19,957 nucleotides of DNA from positions 1-19,957 of the forward strand of contig JBFMCO010000057.1 of assembly GCA_040754495.1 (NCBI GenBank). Direction: 5' to 3'. Both the position numbers and the translations under genes were made by a program. Each line of letters opens with the position of its first letter. The first letter of the stretch is position 1. This document shows, piece after piece, positions 9,001 to 14,226 of this stretch. The DNA comes from Candidatus Micrarchaeota archaeon (GTDB taxonomy: Archaea; Micrarchaeota; Micrarchaeia; Anstonellales; Bilamarchaeaceae). Below the pieces are notes generated by a model. The model saw only the letters and a list, made by a program, of their open reading frames with translations. It ran no database searches and was not told the origin of the DNA.

Positions 9001-11882
9001 CAAGGCCGAATGACTTCATCGGCATGGCCCCGAACGACGAGGCGCTTTCAGGCAGAGGTGTGCGCTACGCCGGGCCGTTCAGGCTCCAAGAAGGAACACG
9101 GGTTGCAGAATTCACGGTTACGCGAGGGGAAGGCGAGCCTCCGATTCAGATACGGATAGCTGAAGCCGATGACGCGACGCTTGCAAGGCTCGGCATCAGC
9201 AGAAAGGAGTATTTCCTGCAGCAGCTCGACATGGCAATCCGCTCACCCGGCAGAGGGCCGGGCGGCGGAGGAGCTTCTGGCCCGGGAGGAGAGGGGGCCC
9301 CGGTTGCCGCAGGCGAGCCGCATGCCGCTCCGCATATAGAAATTACTCCACGGCCTGAGGCACAGCCGGCCGAAGCACCGGTCTCTTCGCAGTTGAGGGC
9401 AGCCGCAGACGAGGTAATGGAAGCCCGCAGGGCGGCCGGGAACGAGGCCCTTGTTTCCCGCGAGGCAGTCGATGCCGAAGTGAGCTGGGCTGCAAGGTAT
9501 GGCGCGGGCCGCCAGCCCGAAACGGCTCTTGAGAAGCTGCTGTTCCATGCCGCTGATAGCGCGGCGGCGGCAGCCCGAGCCCGGGGCGGCGAAGTACAGA
9601 CGAGGGAGGTCACAGCATTCCATGCGATTGAGCAGATAAGCATCGGGGCAGGCCAGCTCATGCACGAGGTTATGGCAGGGCGGCTGCCGCAGGAGTTCAG
9701 GCGCAAGTACGAATTCGGGATGGCAAGGGCCGCCAGCCAGGGGCGGACCCAGCCCACACTCGAGGATTTCATGTTCGGCTTCGCTCTTGCCAACGAGGCC
9801 GGCCCGGTGTTCGGGAGCTATATACAAGCCGCCATGGAGCGGGCTTCTCCCGCCGGTGCGTTCCGGGACATAGAGGGGTATGCATTGACCGCATTGTCTC
9901 TGGCAGACCGCATGAGGAACCCCGTGACAGCGCTGACAAGCAGCGGATTCCAGAGCTGGATTGTCAAGAGTGCGCTAAACGAGGTATTCGGCCTTGCCGC
10001 CAGCCTCCATGTGGCTGGAGTTCACGACCCCCTGGCGCTATTCATAAATCCCGACGCCGCAGGCCATCCCAAAAACGCAGGCCTGCTTGATTTGTTCCCT
10101 CCAACCAGTGGCGAGGATTCTTTCTTTGACCTCTCGGATGCGGCGGGGTCGTTTGCCAGCATCCTTGCGAAGATACCTTCGGGAGAGCTTCCAATTACGA
10201 GGCAGGTCGGCGCCAGGCAGTTTGAGGCCGCAATATCTGCGCCGGAGGCCATCCAGGCTGTTTTCGCTTATACCCTTGCAGACATAAGACGGCTTCCCGA
10301 CTCGCTCTCGAGAAGGTCATATTTATCCAATCTGGCTGAGCCGTTCTCATGGACCGATTCGCTGAGCAGGGGGCTTGGAGAGGTACTCATCAACGACCAG
10401 GGGCAGGTATCGGCTCCACGCATAACAGACAGGCGCACGCCTCTTCTTGCATATGGCCTCGCATCACCAACAAACAGGATGCTTGCTGAATATTTGGGAA
10501 GCAGGGCCGCATTGAAGAAACTTGACCCCAACGCGAATTTCAGGGCAGCTGTCGACCTTGCCCAGACAGTGGAGGAAGTGACATGGGCGGTCAATCACCC
10601 GGAGCAGGCCGGTGCAGTTGGCCGCAGCGAGCGTATGAGAGCGTGGCTGGACGTTGTCGAGGGGATGCTGCAACGGCTACCAGCATCCGAAAGCGAGGGG
10701 ATGCTGGGCAGCGTAATGCCACAGCTCGTGAGGGTAATGAGGCATTTCCGGAACGGCCGGCTGAGCGCAGAACAGTTGGGCGAGGTCTGCCAGCTCCTCT
10801 CAGGCGCGCAAAGCGTCTCCGAGTTCAGGTCGCTCTTCGGACAGTGGTATAACAGGACGTTCTTCTCGGACCTCCAGCTCAGCGACGCCTTCGTTGCAGA
10901 CAACGTGGACGTTTTGCTTGACTTCGGCGGATACCGCGAGAACCTGGAAAGATTCACATCCGGCGGCGAGAGGCCTGCTGCGAACCACGAAATCTTTGCA
11001 GGCAATCCCAGGTATGCAGCAGTAAACCCGTATGCGGCCCGCAACCGTCCGGAGGCTTACGATGAGGTCATAGGGGTGCTGGAGGAAGCGATGCGCGCAA
11101 GGGCAGCCGGGCCGGAGGCTTTCGCAAGATTCAAGTTCTCCGAGGAATTTCACTCTGAATTGCAGGGAACGTATAGCCGGCCGTTGCAGCTTGATGCGGA
11201 TTACACAAGGCAAGGGGGTGTGGAAAGCGGAACGGCGCAGGGGGAGGCGATATTCCAGGTATGGCGCCAGGAGCACACCGGCCATGAGTTCAGCGCAGGC
11301 GGCAGGACTTACCAACTGAGCGAGAGCGGCTCTTTCGAAGCGGGGTTCTACAGTGCCCGCATACGCGGCGAGCAGAGCTGCCAGGATCCGACGAACCCGA
11401 ATCCGCACGTTGTCGTGGCGGGCCTGACAGGCACGGTGGAGCTTCCATGGGTGAAGACCATAGCTGTGAGGCTTCCGGATTTGCCTGACACTGTTTTCAG
11501 AAGAACACTCGTCCTTGTACAGGGAGAAAACGGCCCAATCCTGCTGGTGCAGCCGGAATACCACCAGCCGGACCTGCCAGGCTTGGACGCAATGAATGCA
11601 GAGGTGCTCGGTTATCTCAGGGGTATATATGAGCCGCTGGGGGTGGAAGTCAGGGATGTTTCCAAGGCGAGCATTAGGGAGGGCGGGGATGTGACCGGAT
11701 TCAGCACTTTCAGCAGCGGCCGCTCGCCGTTCTTTTACCTGGACAGCGACATGTGGCATTTTGTAGCAGGCCCGCACCAGATGGGCCAGAACGGCCTTCA
11801 TACCAGAAGAAGTGGAGAAGCGGTCGGATTCCCGGCCGAGTGGAGCGGAAGAATAGACCTTGAAGCGGCATACAGAAGGTGA
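3..11882 (+). CDS. Giant (>=3959 aa, 5'-truncated by the window) Ala/Glu/Arg-rich, Lys-depleted multidomain protein; putative membrane-inserting effector or giant receptor
   Basis: Uninterrupted frame from nt 3 (CTT TTC CTT GCC GCA GAG..., LFLAAEEVRINGGQEDAAVEFRREAVR) to TGA at 11880-11882. The GTG at 78 in the ORF track is internal, so the true start is upstream of the window. An 11.9 kb open frame cannot be chance. The function is inferred from its modules. Confidence 0.95.
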   Translation, partial: LFLAAEEVRINGGQEDAAVEFRREAVRAAEDMSGGAAWAEGNLARTLANFLSGELETAANGRWLGEHQDIQGLLRDIAANLHALAERPEGATAEDFTRGRAALGIASDMEQRLTGRHPPASESIQGALAVYGRALESLKESGDIEAALGEASLGAAYLSAGSDEERHDIETLSLALHDDPAQLSRVRDYVELSGRIAGLEEERDMQREGSAMRANLDTIIAELGRAAARIAAGGGLADEAWVSQEEEDLRGRVLVDDNTRRMVEDYAARNQMSLEDAIHTIATQQAEARAGVLLTAGEKMLEVLGGLRGSARSEAAEIFGFAISAAIEGRIDDAGLFMQAARSYAGLENDTDREAILRVCREYNGSFVEEYAGPVLDGGTAERMLRVQQERASYLGAVTDRELRRNATAYFDLALMAAEGIDAADAEFVLHLAVSYARAAALPERTLGAVLREERGEVMALAEQQLGDYSEFSGRRDTTVASGRILNLGTEESRLSESDITGPVAVALVTQRPVKEAIGEAEALAKSIPLAEADIAALGIGRLVELEGRLTAFESAADLFAFEERLAEARGTDERRSERRYGSESERLLREAERARAAGDSELAEWFAMQAGLIDRGSVTGMLDSAREIFISGQEMLGAAVERGREAARADAAGNSEEALRLRMEAFEMERQGARLIDAADHAVAALSDFDRSVQRITTRQREDGRLELSVSARTYIAIGESRDVDLLGNPVAAPVEAGAEAVAASLTEERIATLTQNARSAQQSGSQAVRQQAAIQRTRGQLMDQAEAGLHRANLENARRLIEPLIMMLPEAERQEHTERLDAAYSSGNVAALQELYMELAGEDFPDTGIPATDSQGRATYDITAVEQSYQRVRRLAWSESFGAAGRELGEGVTAMQTSFEATQSALRDIQLVGVGNAARYGRGVAEAQAAQLAGQRDVALGGAMSGYIGAAEQTDPQVLAALVINYVTDPAERRRLLERLCQPGMQGEAGEEARRQLLEELDAIEVHDPLSGATTTIRDMLTSGELAYYHIDTYVSGPNGFNDIIDMVERGELENASVLLGALQTEVASAYVAQELDSRALGQAYVVGIRMQDGGGRLVEYSGEGPRPEDSIEVTDGLLWVRTYSGGIWEEFDETAPPEESSRHLEQRMRRARALLPVLEALSDSMGRSAAEHYEAAASYRAARDGILNGEAPLELNPALAADLLTGLDNAAAEGMLPSGVQTLRYRRMVAGIEAATDPAEKARRAQEFFLAIGRDPQALGAALDGIDALPQGVQLLTPFTNTALAHLTGMEQEALATEHDGQRQVAWTLSRTCLRNMQVQLRMGDDAETYRYETSQQTRREAEVYGWVAPTSTSAYHRELGGRRAALALTILDEENDRRARDIVYNGETVATHQYSFEPLGISAGTVHIQVAQELMTLNYLETMEIQSYVEADISDISTQALGYMAARLSRLDLAQIGLATEVTTDENRRLIMTLSPVMVAEVRHDANGNVMTDESGNPITDMVPLDRASPEVRAEYYQRLGMLQEQSMRLNDILLGAFFAHDTSWGENPQYNLMSRMNSRTESLDQALSCLFRWAGATPEQRPEELRGFDALYNVSVPITAESGYRDTDADTNATLSDLRMWQTGRRIVGIAGTMVEAGVGVVLAAPTGGASLFITGAHMGAEGIIGGIEMYRQQGEMTWSAGFQIVTGALGILLPIGTMASGMRAVAMPVAAMEAGEALGTGAARTGALYRLIGQPGMAPEMYTTGQRFGQFFLGAPEAGILDRAVQFGGSMLMLSGGGMFIAQSVPGLAAAIQSDETRWWDYAELALGGFQNLALPAIQARANMLYVSQRYASGGAVTRSLTRQIVEAMTIGTPMDTPFGFGVARAQYEANRSFTELSRADPAFADNYHSFIARSGIAFTPRQEAEVLAIYRDAHAENPSISFHEFAAGEGAGSARFRQICNESALEAVMTGRASFSDLDPSQRAYIETRYGFENPNSPEAIAAADRAASEAGMAAAGREVEAAAAAWSAQQPAAPRMPPAGEIEARLTAAEEADAQAAAARRTQEQAALSRRLDVQFTAREGTDYIMGRGESAIRYSREHFQGAADIIYRAEEILRLPEGDARTAALEALPENVRTQVRDLVLDREFVEAARSGNSRTKLMLGLERAAYLPEIAMRPEVMAAGYATEAQLLAQRREIGPERLLDYAAQRREDATRIRTEAQEALRHAEGLLARPDRTPEQRGRIEEAIAAARARLAMADALDNSALILEHAATARREGAAAPAVPQEAIEEPVTPQIITPRLSERLRSVGVELTPETSHQLEGDIGDLRAGIITLNQFWERLGRIMGGRPEALPATLRMDRPIPSFEEFGLVLQSPEALRFFVEVTAEALPQVFAPPETAGLSETASVNVGFVSFDLRRQNFLNSLARGISRVTGDVNVYEYFTRVVRDAPAEVNRRLAAEGLDATVTSAAFGTSSDESGFLIMARDERARGRAREILDEVLNESFRFEGSALDYVTRGTAIRPYIEEIFATRGRVGTGGAFVELSVADFRQMAGERGGVEGFIDFMRRMADSHIEAEDWVRQEAGVPTTAELPETSLHFMSDAVLERPYIEESGRMGERYRTNQDYMDSVFDNPQVRENDSVVVIEGGLTITDRSSEAYATLASLGAKKGKMYGATTEGRVGLSVSNLPSQASGEEFLFVNREAARSAADRFAAEHGISPETIEIRQTGAGPDFVFVVRGRRLEAADVQELLGYYRETGQELLSGEFGVSASGVLLTGERINFSDYRAAMRYLKDGAAFGDMSAGPEGRYVPVEEIPADYTARAMRLDGAGNILGLFLSSESISSSDTAMAQQLARLAGESFVADFRAFMQREHISIRNWEDLRVALEGFPGGEGIIRTLSGDDFLLFVERQYPDATQQRAAAAIRRAEAERRGENFERPFEEEFPVAPQEEVAAMAVGAEEMAAPAETAPHGVPEAQVVPLEAPRSVEARPAYEVGPRPEGAERLRGRDAPRPNDFIGMAPNDEALSGRGVRYAGPFRLQEGTRVAEFTVTRGEGEPPIQIRIAEADDATLARLGISRKEYFLQQLDMAIRSPGRGPGGGGASGPGGEGAPVAAGEPHAAPHIEITPRPEAQPAEAPVSSQLRAAADEVMEARRAAGNEALVSREAVDAEVSWAARYGAGRQPETALEKLLFHAADSAAAAARARGGEVQTREVTAFHAIEQISIGAGQLMHEVMAGRLPQEFRRKYEFGMARAASQGRTQPTLEDFMFGFALANEAGPVFGSYIQAAMERASPAGAFRDIEGYALTALSLADRMRNPVTALTSSGFQSWIVKSALNEVFGLAASLHVAGVHDPLALFINPDAAGHPKNAGLLDLFPPTSGEDSFFDLSDAAGSFASILAKIPSGELPITRQVGARQFEAAISAPEAIQAVFAYTLADIRRLPDSLSRRSYLSNLAEPFSWTDSLSRGLGEVLINDQGQVSAPRITDRRTPLLAYGLASPTNRMLAEYLGSRAALKKLDPNANFRAAVDLAQTVEEVTWAVNHPEQAGAVGRSERMRAWLDVVEGMLQRLPASESEGMLGSVMPQLVRVMRHFRNGRLSAEQLGEVCQLLSGAQSVSEFRSLFGQWYNRTFFSDLQLSDAFVADNVDVLLDFGGYRENLERFTSGGERPAANHEIFAGNPRYAAVNPYAARNRPEAYDEVIGVLEEAMRARAAGPEAFARFKFSEEFHSELQGTYSRPLQLDADYTRQGGVESGTAQGEAIFQVWRQEHTGHEFSAGGRTYQLSESGSFEAGFYSARIRGEQSCQDPTNPNPHVVVAGLTGTVELPWVKTIAVRLPDLPDTVFRRTLVLVQGENGPILLVQPEYHQPDLPGLDAMNAEVLGYLRGIYEPLGVEVRDVSKASIREGGDVTGFSTFSSGRSPFFYLDSDMWHFVAGPHQMGQNGLHTRRSGEAVGFPAEWSGRIDLEAAYRR
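936..1313 (+). repeat. Pair of 34-aa TPR-like helical repeats within the giant protein
   Basis: RSEAAEIFGFAISAAIEGRIDDAGLFMQAARSYA (936-1037) and RRNATAYFDLALMAAEGIDAADAEFVLHLAVSYA (1212-1313) align ungapped with 12/34 identities, at a 92-codon period. Confidence 0.55.
4896..5474 (+). other. Gly/Ala-rich hydrophobic multi-helix segment (membrane insertion/translocation-type) of the giant protein
   Basis: IVGIAGTMVEAGVGVVLAAPTGGASLFITGAHMGAEGIIGGI, WSAGFQIVTGALGILLPIGTMASG, AVQFGGSMLMLSGGGMFIAQSVPGLAAAI and WWDYAELALGGFQNLALPAI. APTGGASL lies at 4950-4973. Confidence 0.7.
7188..8780 (+). other. Tandem degenerate GGDEF/palm (nucleotide cyclase-like) modules in the giant protein
   Basis: Module 1: FVSFDLRRQNFLNS...TGDV...FGTSSDESGFLI...RVGTGGAF...FMRRMADSHIE matches the GGDEF order DxDxFKxxND...GD...GGDEF...SIG...RRAD. 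Further signature-like motifs are SGEEFLFV (8043), AGPDFVFVV (8154), and MRLDG (8439) with IRTLSGDDFLLFV (SGDDF at 8667-8681). Confidence 0.55.
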
Positions 11883-11883
11883 G

Positions 11884-12447
11884 ATGATGGAGGAATATTA
11901 CAGCTTGCTCAGGAAAAGATTCACGACCGTAATGGTCGGTACCGACCAGCGTGAGAGGGAAAACGAGCGCAAGGCCCTCGAGATGAGCGAGAGCCCGGAT
12001 ATACGAAAAATGGCCGGGATAGCCGATGCAATCCATAAGGCCGTCCGGAGAAACGGCTCTCCGGATGAGCTCCTCAAGGCCATGAAAGCGTTCGATGAGC
12101 TGCCCGGAACCTCTTTCTGGTCATCGTGCATGGAGGAGGCAGCCGGGGTAGTGCTTGCCAGAGCGCTTTCGCTCGGACAGGAGGATCCCTGCAAGCCTAA
12201 GATGCTTGAGTATGGCGTCGCGATGGCCGGTCGTGCAATGTCTGCCGGCTTCCCGTTGTCGAAGGAGACAGTGTCCCGCGTGAAAGCCGTGAAAGAGGTA
12301 GAGCCTGCGCTCTCCAACCTGGTGGACATCGCCCTCATGATGAACTCCGCCCTTACTCCATCCAGGCCGGAGGGGACCCAGTTCAGGCCGAAGGCAAAAG
12401 AAGGCGAAGTGAGGGGCAGGACACGTGGCAGGGTCGCATCGGGATAG
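11884..12447 (+). CDS. Hypothetical helical protein (187 aa), coupled to the giant ORF; candidate immunity protein or chaperone
   Basis: ATG at 11884, 1 nt after the giant ORF's TGA (TGA-G-ATG-ATG). Normal Lys content (13/187), predicted helical, basic C-terminal tail QFRPKAKEGEVRGRTRGRVASG. Confidence 0.85.
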   Translation: MMEEYYSLLRKRFTTVMVGTDQRERENERKALEMSESPDIRKMAGIADAIHKAVRRNGSPDELLKAMKAFDELPGTSFWSSCMEEAAGVVLARALSLGQEDPCKPKMLEYGVAMAGRAMSAGFPLSKETVSRVKAVKEVEPALSNLVDIALMMNSALTPSRPEGTQFRPKAKEGEVRGRTRGRVASG

Positions 12448-12448
12448 C

Positions 12449-12457
12449 TTATAAATA
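12449..12457 (+). promoter_or_regulatory. Archaeal TATA box (leaderless) for the 12479 gene
   Basis: TTATAAATA starting 30 nt upstream of ATG 12479, in an AT-rich intergenic gap. Confidence 0.7.
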
Positions 12458-12478
12458 GGTCGCTATAGATAGTAAAAT

Positions 12479-13369
12479 ATGGATAAAATACCTGTCCTGC
12501 TCGCATTCGGAAGGCACTGGGACCGGACAGACGGGCTGATTACCCCGCCGGACAGGGGTTTCTACAGGAAAGCCGCGCTTCCGTTCATAGACCGGGAAGT
12601 CCTCGGCGCAGGGCGGAAAGCAACCTTGATACACGAGTGCCGGATAGTAGTTTATCCGCAGGGCTGCGACGATAAGCAGGCGAGGGAATATGTGAGGGAA
12701 GCGCTTGCAGCCGAGGAATCAGCCATACTCGCCATGCTCTCCGATACTGTCGATCGCGGCCTCCCGCTTCCAGGTGGCCTGCGCGACGAGCTGGACTGGG
12801 GGCTTCTGGACCGCATCATGGAAATCAACCGCTCGGAGCCGGGAAGAATCAGGAATGCGATCGAGCACCAGACGCCCGACCAGGTTTATCTTGCGCTTTC
12901 ACGGAATCACCACGACGAGGGCTTGGATGAAGATGCGAGGCGGCGGGAAAGGATGAAAGAAAGCATAAGGACCTCCATTGCGGTGTCCAAGCACAGGAGC
13001 AGGGAGGTGATGCGCCTCGTCGGCGAGCTCCTGGAGGAGGACCCGGGCCATGCGATATTGATTACGAGGGGCTATGCCCATGCCGGAATGGCGCGCCTAT
13101 TCGACCCTTCGAGATTCGCAGTCGAGTCCCATGCGGGAGGAACCCTCTCGCCCCGCATCTCCAGCGATGCCATCATCGCGTCTTATGACAGGGATTTGAG
13201 CGATACCGAGCTCGGGCAGTATGCAAGGCAAAGCATAGCATTCTCGGATTATTTTGATTCCAACTGGAACGGCGAACCATACCGCTCTCTTAGGGAGGGC
13301 GGTGCTGTCATAGAGGGCATACAGCTCCTGAAAAAGCACGCGCGGGAGCATGCCCTCGCCGTGGCCTGA
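12479..13369 (+). CDS. TIKI/TraB-PrgY-GumN/EreA/ChaN superfamily-like metallohydrolase (296 aa)
   Basis: Motifs in superfamily order: N-terminal strand plus FGRH (His 12515), strand plus LIHE (Glu 12635), HRSREVM (equivalent of RN..M), and strand plus ITRGYAH (His 13079; GxxH motif). Confidence 0.6.
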   Translation: MDKIPVLLAFGRHWDRTDGLITPPDRGFYRKAALPFIDREVLGAGRKATLIHECRIVVYPQGCDDKQAREYVREALAAEESAILAMLSDTVDRGLPLPGGLRDELDWGLLDRIMEINRSEPGRIRNAIEHQTPDQVYLALSRNHHDEGLDEDARRRERMKESIRTSIAVSKHRSREVMRLVGELLEEDPGHAILITRGYAHAGMARLFDPSRFAVESHAGGTLSPRISSDAIIASYDRDLSDTELGQYARQSIAFSDYFDSNWNGEPYRSLREGGAVIEGIQLLKKHAREHALAVA

Positions 13370-13377
13370 TGGGAAGT

Positions 13378-14157
13378 TCAGAGAAGCCCCTTGTAATGGT
13401 AATACGGCCACCCGACGGAAAATTTATCAGTGCCGTAAGGCCCCATCAGCTCACCGCTGATGAGCTTTTTAAGGAGGCGGCTAAAGAGGTCGGGCATTTC
13501 GCGCTTAAAGTCAAGATATGCCGCATAGCATAATCCGTGCATCTCGCGGGCATTCTTCCATCTCCGCTCAGGCAGGAAGAAATCGGAAAGCCTTTGATTG
13601 AAGAAAGCGACGAACAATTCGGCTTCCCGCTGCTTGGCCGAAGCGTCGGCGGAACTCTCGAATATTACATCCGGCACGTACCTCGCTGCACCGGCGAGGA
13701 AGAAGAAGGCCGAAACGGCGCACGTTGTTTCCATGTCCCGCTCCTCTGCGGGGAACTTCTCGAACCTCGGGGCCATGAACTCTTTTGCGGTTTTTTGGAG
13801 CTGGTTCCTGGCGTGCTCTGGTACCGCGGCGAAAGCCTTGCGCTCCTTCTCCTCGCGCTCATCCTTCGCGCTCTTTGGGAGCGATTCCGCTATTTCCTCG
13901 GATAATTGGACAAGGAAGACCGAGGACCTTTGATATGGCTCGAGTGTTGCAAAAAGGCGATTGCCGTTGCCTCGGATTTCGTCAAGCTGGCGGACGATGG
14001 GTGAAGGCAGTTGCGAGCGGGTGGTATTTGAGGCAAGGTATCTTCCCATGACGGCGCGTGCCCGGGTAACTCCGGCTGAAGCGGCGCCCGAAACGGGCCG
14101 CTTCTCGGGCCTGCCCCTATCGCCGTCAAAGACGCCAAGGTCTCCCCTCGCAGCCAT
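13378..14157 (-). CDS. Hypothetical helical protein (259 aa)
   Basis: Clean ORF convergent with the 12479 gene (8-bp gap). TATA box 28-29 nt upstream of its ATG. No recognisable motif. Confidence 0.85.
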   Translation of the reverse strand: MAARGDLGVFDGDRGRPEKRPVSGAASAGVTRARAVMGRYLASNTTRSQLPSPIVRQLDEIRGNGNRLFATLEPYQRSSVFLVQLSEEIAESLPKSAKDEREEKERKAFAAVPEHARNQLQKTAKEFMAPRFEKFPAEERDMETTCAVSAFFFLAGAARYVPDVIFESSADASAKQREAELFVAFFNQRLSDFFLPERRWKNAREMHGLCYAAYLDFKREMPDLFSRLLKKLISGELMGPYGTDKFSVGWPYYHYKGLL

Positions 14158-14178
14158 GAGACGGATATCTATGAAAGA

Positions 14179-14186
14179 GTTTAAAA
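14179..14186 (-). promoter_or_regulatory. Archaeal TATA box (leaderless) for the 14157 gene
   Basis: TTTTAAAC on the minus strand; TTTAAA begins 28 nt upstream of ATG 14157. Confidence 0.7.
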
Positions 14187-14226
14187 GACGGGCATTTCTA
14201 CTCCGACTCTGTGGCTGGCGATTGTG

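Noticed and set aside
566-11801. Many minus-strand and alternate-frame ORFs inside the giant gene (e.g. 1406-2269, 2484-3527, 7203-8114, 10800-11801)
   Set aside because: These are shadow ORFs typical of GC-rich coding DNA. They are Ser/Arg/Pro-rich with no motifs or promoters and lie fully inside an 11.9-kb frame.
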